From the IMG/VR virus record IMGVR_UViG_3300011337_000508, positions 1 through 36,618 of that record: a stretch of 36,618 bases of DNA; one strand, 5' to 3'. Shown piece after piece: positions 27,117-34,687 of the stretch. The notes below the pieces were generated by a model. That model had not been told where the DNA came from. It ran no database searches and saw only the letters and a list, made by a program, of their open reading frames with translations. The stretch is from a virus. Its lineage: Duplodnaviria > Caudoviricetes. The translations under genes were made by a program, and so were the position numbers. Numbering within the stretch: position 1 is the first letter of the stretch; every line of letters begins with the position of its first letter.

Positions 27117-27671
27117 TCAGGCAGTAAGGATTTGTTGATTTGGCGTGAGAATTTGCGCCCGCTTGGCCTCCAGCTTCTTATCTTGGAACTTGTCGTTAGG
27201 GAACCAGTTGCCCATTGCATCTTTTGTAAAGCCAAAAAAGTGCATATCAAACGCCTTATACGCCTTCACCTCCGCCACCTGATCCTTATAAAGCTCCTCA
27301 TTGGCTAGGATGTTGTCCATCTGCGTATGATGCGGTAGGCACCAGCAGAATCGCACCTCATTAGAGGGGGGATCGACGAAGAAGACCACCGTGTCATCCT
27401 CCGGCCACGGACGATACAGCGTTGTGATCATGCGACGCTTAAAGGCATTCTTCATCTGCAAATCGCGGCTTTCATGGATAGTGACATAGAAAGGCTTATC
27501 GCCGAAAGGCTTGCTTTCAACGGTATCGATCAAGTCTTCGATCAAGCTGCTCATCAGCTCGCGCGACATGTCGCCAACTTCGATGAAGTCCTCGGTGTTG
27601 TTGATTTGCGCATCGCGGTAGATGGCGCCTACTGTCTTTCTTGTGGGATCGTATTTGCTTTGATGTTCCAT
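27117..27671 (-). CDS. conserved phage hypothetical protein, 184 aa
   Basis: AAGGAG RBS; globular-looking sequence (YRPWPEDDTVVF, FCWCLPH); function not recognised. Confidence 0.8.
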   Translation of the reverse strand: MEHQSKYDPTRKTVGAIYRDAQINNTEDFIEVGDMSRELMSSLIEDLIDTVESKPFGDKPFYVTIHESRDLQMKNAFKRRMITTLYRPWPEDDTVVFFVDPPSNEVRFCWCLPHHTQMDNILANEELYKDQVAEVKAYKAFDMHFFGFTKDAMGNWFPNDKFQDKKLEAKRAQILTPNQQILTA

Positions 27672-27789
27672 TAGGACTCCTTGTTAATATTTTAACTTTA
27701 TATCAAATTAAAATAAAAAAGCGACTATAATATGTGGGGATATTACAGCCGCCAAAAGGAGGATACTGAATGAAAAAACTAACTACTGA

Positions 27790-27936
27790 CTAATATTTTT
27801 TGGCTTTAAGTTCCATGCCGGACTTGAGGGCTTTATTCTGCTTCTTGCCCTTTGCCATCTTTTCAGCAGTCGACTCCATGTTCTGGGTCATCTGCTTAGC
27901 TTTGACTTTGCCTTTCTGAATTGCAACTTTTGCCAT
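27790..27936 (-). CDS. small Lys-rich protein, 48 aa (not in ORF track)
   Basis: ATG overlaps the upstream TAA; MAKVAIQKGKVKAKQMTQNMESTAEKMAKGKKQNKALKSGMELKAKKY. Confidence 0.65.
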   Translation of the reverse strand: MAKVAIQKGKVKAKQMTQNMESTAEKMAKGKKQNKALKSGMELKAKKY

Positions 27937-28121
27937 TAGGAGTAACGTCCCTTGTAAGCTTGCCCTTTAATCTTAGAGGACTCTTTGCCTACAAATGCGT
28001 TTTGGCGAGATACATATTCGGTTGTTTTGTTTGCGTCTGCTTGGCTGTAGTTAGACATCGGTTTTTGATAATCGCTAACATCTGCCTTCATGTCGCCTTG
28101 AACGTAGCCTTTTTTATTCAT
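27936..28121 (-). CDS. small hypothetical protein, 61 aa
   Basis: AGGGG RBS; lies just after portal; coupled to the next ORF. Confidence 0.7.
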   Translation of the reverse strand: MNKKGYVQGDMKADVSDYQKPMSNYSQADANKTTEYVSRQNAFVGKESSKIKGQAYKGRYS

Positions 28122-28193
28122 TTTCTTATCCCCTATGGAGGTTGTTACTTTTCTTTAACTTATTGAGTAAAACTATTTTTGCAAAGGATTATT

Positions 28194-30263
28194 TCACATT
28201 CCCATTGCAGATTGTAAACGGCTCTGTTGTTCCATTTTCGGCTGCTCGGTTGGCATACTGCCTGCTTGTTCGGTTGGGGTAGACGCCTGCGTTGCCTGCG
28301 TGATGCCGTTGATGAGTTCCAGCTCCCTCACCATATTGTCCAAATCCATGCTTTGCAGCTCCTTCAGCGCCTTAATGACGTTCAAGGCGCTATGGGTATC
28401 CTCTTGATGGGCGCGACGCAGCTTATCGACTGCTACAGCCTTATCCGTTTGAATCTTGGCTACGCGTTCTTTTGCCAGACCATCTTGGGAGCGTGCATAG
28501 GCGAGTTTCGTTTCGGTGTCAACTTGGAGCTGTTGCATTTGAAGCTGCTGCATTTGCTGAGCTTGCTCTTGTTCTGCCTGCTCACGTTCAACGACCGCTT
28601 TAATGAGATCGTCTTTATTCTGTAGGGTTGCGGCTTTGAGAATGGTTTCGGATGGTATGTTAATTCCGGTAGTCTCACGAAGGTAGAGCAACTGCTGCAG
28701 TTCCATTTGCTGCTGAGACTCTGTAAGAATCCCTTGTACAACTTTGCATCCGTACTTAAAGAATGCTTTGTCGTCGAATTCTGACGAAGGCTCCTCGCCA
28801 ATAACCTGTCTGACTTTGCCATATGTCCAGTTTTTTTGTATCATTTCAATAATGATGTCGCCACAAAGGCGCTGCGATTCGTCGAATTGGTCGAAAAGAC
28901 GCGTCAGCGTCGTAATCCCCGCACTATTGCGAATCATCGTTTGGATGGCGGATTGATCGGTTGTGTCAGTGCCTAGCAATGTCTCGTTCACATTGCTAAT
29001 TTCGCGCATCGTCTGCTTGAGCATCTCTTCCATCTGCAACATGGCAGGCGCGGGAGGGATGATCGGCATCGGCTCAACGTCCGACATCTGATACTTGTCA
29101 TCGATGACCAACATACGACCATGCCCTTGATTGAGCCCATCGTCAGGCGTTACAAGAGCACCTTTCTTGACTTTAAGACCCTGCTGCTGGCTCTCCAAAA
29201 TGTCCAAATCCGCCACTTTAAGGCGATTAAACAGGTATTGAGTATCGCGCAAATCTCGCACAATACCCCTAAACTTGTAAGCATAATAAGGAGTATCAGC
29301 AGAGAAATACCCAAGGAAAGGTACATAAGGAAGGCGATCAATTTTGTAAGGATTCGGTTCATCAATTAGCACTCGATCGTTAAGAATGATAGTTCGACGG
29401 TAAGTCGGCTTCGGCTGTTTGATGATCTTTAAACGATCCTTAAATTGCGAGAGGATAATTCGCAAGTCTTCCTCATCGGCTGGCGCCTCCTGCGTCTCCC
29501 CCGTCTCCTTGTCGACGAGGTAGGTGCACTCGCGACTAGTGAGATACCAATACTCATCCAGAGCCACTAAATTGGGGAACTGGATTTGATAGACCTCAGG
29601 CATGTAATAGAACTTGTCATCGCGATAGGAGCCACGCGGAAGGGCTAGAATCTCATCGCGGAACTGTGGGTAGAGATTGGCAGCTTCGTCAATGTCGAAA
29701 AACTGCCTTGTACGGAAGAACCGCATGTCCGAGCCATCGTGCTTACGGAAATACGGGTCAAAGAGACATGACTTCATGTCGATGTAGCGTAGTTTGATAT
29801 CACCTGATACTGGATCGTTGGTGGTATCTTTGTATACCGAAACAAAGCCCAAGCCTTGGATAAGCGATCCTTGCTCAAACGCATCAGAATAGACCTGATA
29901 TGCGCCCGACTGATTATGCACATGGAATAGGCATTTTGTCATCTGATCTGCCGTCTTCTGCATCTCCGGCATCACAGGAATAACAACCGTCGTCTTGCGA
30001 TTGCGTCGTTGATAGCCCGTCACCATCTGGATTGTGCTGTTGATCATGTTGAAGTTGAAGATTTTACGGCGATATGTGGCAACACCTGGGAATATTAACC
30101 CCCAGATATCCTGATCCCCCATCGCAAAGCGCTGGTCAAGGTCGCCCTGATACCACTGAGTCTGCAAAATATTGATGCAATCGTTGTAATTGCGATCCAT
30201 CTTTTGACGCAAAGATAAATCGACCTGCTCACCTGGCCAGAAAATAGGGTCATTATTTTTCAA
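28194..30263 (-). CDS. portal protein (P22-like), 689 aa
   Basis: FNMINSTIQMVTGYQRRNR, LPYVPF, GIVRDLRDTQYLFN and Q-rich C-terminal helical barrel; TTG start. Confidence 0.9.
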   Translation of the reverse strand: MKNNDPIFWPGEQVDLSLRQKMDRNYNDCINILQTQWYQGDLDQRFAMGDQDIWGLIFPGVATYRRKIFNFNMINSTIQMVTGYQRRNRKTTVVIPVMPEMQKTADQMTKCLFHVHNQSGAYQVYSDAFEQGSLIQGLGFVSVYKDTTNDPVSGDIKLRYIDMKSCLFDPYFRKHDGSDMRFFRTRQFFDIDEAANLYPQFRDEILALPRGSYRDDKFYYMPEVYQIQFPNLVALDEYWYLTSRECTYLVDKETGETQEAPADEEDLRIILSQFKDRLKIIKQPKPTYRRTIILNDRVLIDEPNPYKIDRLPYVPFLGYFSADTPYYAYKFRGIVRDLRDTQYLFNRLKVADLDILESQQQGLKVKKGALVTPDDGLNQGHGRMLVIDDKYQMSDVEPMPIIPPAPAMLQMEEMLKQTMREISNVNETLLGTDTTDQSAIQTMIRNSAGITTLTRLFDQFDESQRLCGDIIIEMIQKNWTYGKVRQVIGEEPSSEFDDKAFFKYGCKVVQGILTESQQQMELQQLLYLRETTGINIPSETILKAATLQNKDDLIKAVVEREQAEQEQAQQMQQLQMQQLQVDTETKLAYARSQDGLAKERVAKIQTDKAVAVDKLRRAHQEDTHSALNVIKALKELQSMDLDNMVRELELINGITQATQASTPTEQAGSMPTEQPKMEQQSRLQSAMGM

Positions 30264-30325
30264 AAGATACCTACATGTAGATTAATCCCTACTATCCAAG
30301 GTAAATCTTTTAAATGTAAAGAAAT

Positions 30326-30523
30326 CTATGTAGTAGAAAAATCACTGGATGCGTAGGTAATCCCAGCTTTGCGGAGCTTGTCAAGAAGGGAAGGGGACTT
30401 GTGTGTTTTCATGCAGGAAATGCACCGCGACATATGCCCGTCGTAATATTTAGAGGAATGGTAGAATTCATACAAAGGAAGTAAAATCTTGCATGTATTG
30501 CAAATCTTTTTTGGTATCTCCAT
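30326..30523 (-). CDS. small C4 zinc-finger protein, 65 aa
   Basis: KICNTCK...EFY...DGHMSRCISC, the same finger type as the N-terminus of the intron 4 endonuclease. Confidence 0.65.
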   Translation of the reverse strand: MEIPKKICNTCKILLPLYEFYHSSKYYDGHMSRCISCMKTHKSPSLLDKLRKAGITYASSDFSTT

Positions 30524-30687
30524 CAGTCCCCAGGCGTCAAATCAACTGCTACTCCTGATTCATATTCAATAGCTTCTTCAACCGACTGCTCAACCAAATT
30601 GTCATCAGGTAAATTAAACTTTTTATTTAAATAGGCGCAACTACCCAATATCAACGCAAAAGTTAGCATGACAAGACCAAGTTTCAT
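30523..30687 (-). CDS. putative lipoprotein, 54 aa
   Basis: Start MKLGLVMLTFALILGSC after GAGG; LGSC lipobox; acidic mature part. The longer 115-aa ORF call is probably over-extended. Confidence 0.7.
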   Translation of the reverse strand: MKLGLVMLTFALILGSCAYLNKKFNLPDDNLVEQSVEEAIEYESGVAVDLTPGD

Positions 30688-30718
30688 TAGAATTCCTCGC
30701 AATTGTTGGATATCTTGA

Positions 30719-30880
30719 TTATTGTTCAATTTTTTGTACCGTTTCGGGGTTATCGTCCATTTCACTGGACATTGAGTTGGCATCATTTTGTAACCGACTT
30801 CCCTCATCCTGACACCATGAGCAGCTACATGGCAACAGCGGTTCGGGGTAGGGTTGCGTACAGGCGTCACACATTGTCAT
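30719..30880 (-). CDS. small Cys-rich acidic protein, 53 aa (not in ORF track)
   Basis: GAGG RBS; MTMCDACTQPYPEPLLPCSCSWCQDEG... Confidence 0.5.
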   Translation of the reverse strand: MTMCDACTQPYPEPLLPCSCSWCQDEGSRLQNDANSMSSEMDDNPETVQKIEQ

Positions 30881-30910
30881 TTTCCTCGTTGCCAATTTTC
30901 AAGTCTTTTG

Positions 30911-31333
30911 TTACTCGCTAATGCTTTCCCCTGAGCTGAGCTCCGCTTTAATCTCCCGTATCGCCTGTATGATCTCGATCAATCGATCCTCGGTTATGCG
31001 CTCGCTCTCAAAACTGTAGTTGATACGCTCGCGTAGCTTGTCGAACAATAGGTTGTCCTCGATCGGCGTATCCTCAAATTTGCTCTTTACGATCTCCGCA
31101 AGCCGTCTATTTGCAACAATCCTCGCCTCCACCTTGCTTGTCGTGTTGCGCATGGGGGTTAACTCGGCTTTGTGGTTGACGTAGTATTCCCGTGGCTTCT
31201 TGCTCTTCGATCTCCAACAGCAACAGCAACCGCCGGAATCGGTATCATCGGCGAAATGGAATTCTTGATGCGGATGCAATTCTAGCGTTGGCTGTACGGA
31301 GAACATGGGTAACCTCATTGTGGCACTTGTCAC
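30911..31333 (-). CDS. hypothetical protein with GGCCCCW motif, 140 aa
   Basis: Open frame in the operon direction; Cys run followed by basic RSKSKKPR. Confidence 0.65.
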   Translation of the reverse strand: MTSATMRLPMFSVQPTLELHPHQEFHFADDTDSGGCCCCWRSKSKKPREYYVNHKAELTPMRNTTSKVEARIVANRRLAEIVKSKFEDTPIEDNLLFDKLRERINYSFESERITEDRLIEIIQAIREIKAELSSGESISE

Positions 31334-31338
31334 AATAT

Positions 31339-31593
31339 TTACTTACTACACTTATTGTCATTATAATCACATCCACTATCTGGAAAAGGAAAATCTTCAG
31401 CATATACCCACCAAAAACGAAGAGATTCCGTTAAATCATTATCTTCATAGTATTTCATTAAATCTTGTGAACTACAAGTTTGATAATATTTCATCATACC
31501 TATTATTCGATATCCATCTCCTTCATTAGGAAAAACTTGCACAACTAACCGACCGTGTTCAGGCTGAATGTCTTTATAATAGTTCCATTTCAT
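31339..31593 (-). CDS. hypothetical protein, 84 aa
   Basis: AGGAG RBS; MKW...QP...WW pattern loosely like DUF551-type phage proteins. Confidence 0.65.
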   Translation of the reverse strand: MKWNYYKDIQPEHGRLVVQVFPNEGDGYRIIGMMKYYQTCSSQDLMKYYEDNDLTESLRFWWVYAEDFPFPDSGCDYNDNKCSK

Positions 31594-31802
31594 AAATTCT
31601 CCTGATTACAATTTAAGCTTTCCTTTTTAGGGTGACATTTAGGACAAAATACAAAATGATCGAATTTGTTAAATGATTCACATTCGTTAAAATTATATCC
31701 ACATGTAGAACAGAAATACTCGTCTACTTTTAACTTGCAATATTGGCAGGTACAATCACATTTCATTTTACTTCCCCTGATTACAATCCAAGACAAACAC
31801 AT
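31590..31802 (-). CDS. Cys-rich small protein
   Basis: Several CxxC pairs; likely start MKCDCTC; overlaps the next start. Confidence 0.55.
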   Translation of the reverse strand: MCLSWIVIRGSKMKCDCTCQYCKLKVDEYFCSTCGYNFNECESFNKFDHFVFCPKCHPKKESLNCNQENL

Positions 31803-31963
31803 CGCACTTGCGGAACATGGTTATTGTTGGCCAGTGACTACTGAATACCATGTCAATTGATCGGTGATAACCACATGGTTCACTCAAATAATCATTGCAA
31901 ACCCTCATTTTTTGAAGGCTCAATCAAATGCCGTCTGTGCGAGGGCGTCGAGGGTGAACACTA

Positions 31964-32314
31964 TCATTTTTCCATCTTATTACAAAATGTGCCATTAATT
32001 TCATCTATACACTTAGTCAATGCATCCCTAATCGCGATTGCATCATCTAAAAGAAAAGTTTCGTCAAAAAATATACTATTACCAAAATACTGAGACGCAC
32101 CAACATATAAAAATTTGATTTTGTCACCATGCACAACACGTATTGAGCACATATCTTCTAGTGGTTTATTTGTAACAACAATATCGCCCTTGTAATCAGG
32201 AATTTCTTTTATTCCCTTACCTGAAAGCATGGTTTCAATAATTTTACCATCGTGATCTATAATTATTTCTCCACTTCCCCCCATAACTTCACCAAATGCG
32301 TCATCTAAACTCAT
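31964..32314 (-). CDS. hypothetical protein, 116 aa
   Basis: ATGA overlap with the upstream gene. Confidence 0.65.
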   Translation of the reverse strand: MSLDDAFGEVMGGSGEIIIDHDGKIIETMLSGKGIKEIPDYKGDIVVTNKPLEDMCSIRVVHGDKIKFLYVGASQYFGNSIFFDETFLLDDAIAIRDALTKCIDEINGTFCNKMEK

Positions 32315-32574
32315 TCCTCATCCTCCGGCAAGCTCAATGCCTCTTGTATCTCCCATAGCTCGTATTGTATACCGTTTAGCGTACAGCGGACATCCTCAAG
32401 CTTCTCGCTAGCCTCGTCGTCCTTCTCGCTTCCCCACCACTCATTATGCTTGCTTAGCGTGTCAAAGATGTCGCGATTGAGCAGCTCTTTAATCATGTGT
32501 TGGGCTTTGCCAATGTTGTGCAGGTGCTTAATCAAAATCACGTCCATGTCGAAATTTCCTGTTTTTTTAGGCAT
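32311..32574 (-). CDS. hypothetical acidic helical protein, 87 aa
   Basis: Open frame in the operon direction; coupled to the next gene. Confidence 0.65.
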   Translation of the reverse strand: MPKKTGNFDMDVILIKHLHNIGKAQHMIKELLNRDIFDTLSKHNEWWGSEKDDEASEKLEDVRCTLNGIQYELWEIQEALSLPEDEE

Positions 32575-32618
32575 ATCAACATTAACATACCTAAGATTTT
32601 GCGTTTTTTACGCATAAC

Positions 32619-32644
32619 AAAAAAAGCTGGAGCGTCCCCCAGCC
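32619..32644 (-). terminator. intrinsic terminator
   Basis: gctgggg-gacg-ctccagc stem-loop followed by a T-run on the minus strand. Confidence 0.65.
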
Positions 32645-32856
32645 GTGCTACACTTCGCAGCCCGTAATCAGCCCAGCTTACGATCTGTGCTCAGGTACTG
32701 CATCCATGCAACACAAACAAGACGGCCAGGAACCCCCAGCCCAAATCTTGTAAACACTCATGTTGATTTCACTAAGGTGGCTCAACAGCAAGCCTTTAAT
32801 GGAGAACTACGCGGTTCAGGCGTGCTCCCAAACTCCTTGTACACGTGGTACATGAG

Positions 32857-33060
32857 CTAAACATTCTCTGCCTCTGTTGGCATGAAGACAAGCTTCTCAA
32901 TCCCGCAAAATTCGCATGTATCAAACCATTTACTATTTTCCCCAATCACATGGTCGAAGGTCAGCGATAGCTTGTCGGCACAGGCAAAGCAGATGGGCTG
33001 CTTCTTCTCGCTTTCACTCAGCATTGACGGCATCGTGTAGCTCCTTGAGCGCATCGACAA
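32857..33060 (-). CDS. small zinc-binding protein
   Basis: CFAC...CEFC; true start probably MLSESEKK. Confidence 0.55.
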   Translation of the reverse strand: MSMRSRSYTMPSMLSESEKKQPICFACADKLSLTFDHVIGENSKWFDTCEFCGIEKLVFMPTEAENV

Positions 33061-33313
33061 TTTTAGCCACTGCGCCCTCTTCCCTCGCTTTTGGCGGTAG
33101 ATAGGAGAAGCCTTGATAGTAGCGCATCACGTCCTCTGCATTGAGCTCGTCGCTCTTTAAAGGCAGTACACGATGAAAATAATCCCATTCCGTGAAGCAA
33201 GCTTCGAGGACGGTATCAATGAATAGCTCAAGGTGTCCACCTTCGTTAATTTCAATGTGATGGCAATAGATGCTTAACTCGTCGTCGCCAGTTTTTATTA
33301 CGTATTTTTTCAC
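33014..33313 (-). CDS. hypothetical protein, 99 aa
   Basis: GTGA overlap with the upstream gene. Confidence 0.65.
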   Translation of the reverse strand: MKKYVIKTGDDELSIYCHHIEINEGGHLELFIDTVLEACFTEWDYFHRVLPLKSDELNAEDVMRYYQGFSYLPPKAREEGAVAKIVDALKELHDAVNAE

Positions 33314-33534
33314 TTCTTCACCTTAACGTTGGACGGTTTTGTTTCGGATTTTGCTTGTACAGGTTTTAAATCAGAAATGACACGTTCAAGCACGTCGTGC
33401 AGCCCTTCAAGTTGCATGTTAAGATCGTGTAGCTCTTCCATTGTCTCTTGGTGCTGGCGCAAAGCCCGCGCATCGCTTGCGCTAATCATCGCTTTCACTT
33501 CATTTATTCCAAACATGTTATAGCCCCCATTCAT
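33310..33534 (-). CDS. small coiled-coil protein
   Basis: Heptad Leu pattern; likely start MFGINE at 33516. Confidence 0.6.
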   Translation of the reverse strand: MNGGYNMFGINEVKAMISASDARALRQHQETMEELHDLNMQLEGLHDVLERVISDLKPVQAKSETKPSNVKVKK

Positions 33535-34021
33535 TCGGTTGTTTGCTAAGAAAGCCTTGAAGATAGAATCCGTTACACCATGGTATCGCCGTGTTGTTCA
33601 TCACGCGGATATTGACGATCTGCCCTGATGGTATCGTGATGGTCATCCCACAAAGCTGCGTCGAACCGCCAGCCGTGGTACAGCTAATGACGGCTTTGCT
33701 GTTTTCGCAAGGGTAGTCGCCAAGCCACAGCATCATGCCCACCTGTGGTGCATCTGGCCCTTCAATCTGCAAGTAGTCGATCGTCAGCTCATATCCTTCG
33801 GGCACGGTATAGGGAAGTTTTACTTCACCCTCAAGCCCTAGAATATTGGTATCGGGGTTATCACAGTTAGTATAAGGAGCAAGTACAAATGTTCCATACG
33901 CTCTCCAGTCGCTGTATATGCTATAAGATTTCTCGCTAATTAGCCGTAACTGGTCATTTTCACCCATTAACGGCGAGATAGCGACGATACCCAGCCAAAT
34001 CATGCTAGTCAGTAGCTTCAT
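33518..34021 (-). CDS. putative exported beta-rich protein, 167 aa
   Basis: Signal-peptide-like MKLLTSMIWLGIVAISPLMG; YTVPEGYELTIDYL motif. Confidence 0.7.
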   Translation of the reverse strand: MKLLTSMIWLGIVAISPLMGENDQLRLISEKSYSIYSDWRAYGTFVLAPYTNCDNPDTNILGLEGEVKLPYTVPEGYELTIDYLQIEGPDAPQVGMMLWLGDYPCENSKAVISCTTAGGSTQLCGMTITIPSGQIVNIRVMNNTAIPWCNGFYLQGFLSKQPNEWGL

Positions 34022-34215
34022 TCAAACCACCCCTTTAAGCTGTCAAACATTCCTTTACTACTGAACGTATCTGTTTGTATTTCGATCTTTAGATCATCCT
34101 GTTGCATGTCGCGATCGTAGACAACCCATCCATTTCTATCAACGGTATATGTCCCGGATTGTGTCGCATGACAGACAGCCGAGCACATTAGTAGCGCACC
34201 AATTAAAATTCTCAT
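34018..34215 (-). CDS. putative exported small protein
   Basis: GGAG RBS; signal-peptide-like MRILIGALLMCSAVCHA. Confidence 0.6.
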   Translation of the reverse strand: MRILIGALLMCSAVCHATQSGTYTVDRNGWVVYDRDMQQDDLKIEIQTDTFSSKGMFDSLKGWFE

Positions 34216-34217
34216 TC

Positions 34218-34358
34218 TTATCTCCAATAGTTATTTTTTCGCATTTCATTGTACATTTCTTCTCGGTCAATATAATCCATTCCCTCGATGCGATGATAGT
34301 CCGAAACATCTTCTCGAGAGGTGAAGAATGAACACAAATATCTAATAAGCTTTCTCAT
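34218..34358 (-). CDS. small hypothetical protein, 46 aa (not in ORF track)
   Basis: ATGA overlap, GGAGG RBS; MRKLIRYLCSFFTSREDVSDYHRIEGMDY... Confidence 0.55.
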   Translation of the reverse strand: MRKLIRYLCSFFTSREDVSDYHRIEGMDYIDREEMYNEMRKNNYWR

Positions 34359-34687
34359 CGTCCTCCGCACATTGCACAATAGTTTATCCCCTCGTAGTTC
34401 TCATATCCGCACTTGCTGCATGTCCATGTGTCAGGGAAGAAGTGCCCTCGATCATAGGCAGGCAACGATATAACAAGCTCGATATCCTGCTCGCAGTGAG
34501 GACACATAAATTCAACAGAGTCCGCATACATGGGAATAGCGATCATGGCGCCAATCGCAAGCAAGAGAGCAAGCTTCCTTGTCAGCCAAGGGTCGCGGTC
34601 GCGCTTCACAATCGCATAATATTGCTGATCACTACGCATTTCGCGCTCGACGCTGTCTAGTTCAAGATTTGTCATCATCCCCCCCAA
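34355..34687 (-). CDS. membrane-anchored protein with RanBP2-type zinc finger
   Basis: Hydrophobic LALLLAIGAMIAIPMYA; C-terminal WTCSKCGYENYEGINYCAMC matches W-x-C-x2-C-x3-N-x6-C-x2-C. Confidence 0.7.
   Translation of the reverse strand: MGGMMTNLELDSVEREMRSDQQYYAIVKRDRDPWLTRKLALLLAIGAMIAIPMYADSVEFMCPHCEQDIELVISLPAYDRGHFFPDTWTCSKCGYENYEGINYCAMCGGR

Noticed and set aside
11745-30320. Shared late-promoter motif (TTGACA-like followed by TTTAC) upstream of 11714, 28121 and 30263
   Set aside because: Spacing and -10 elements are inconsistent and the regions are AT-rich; not supportable without a motif search.
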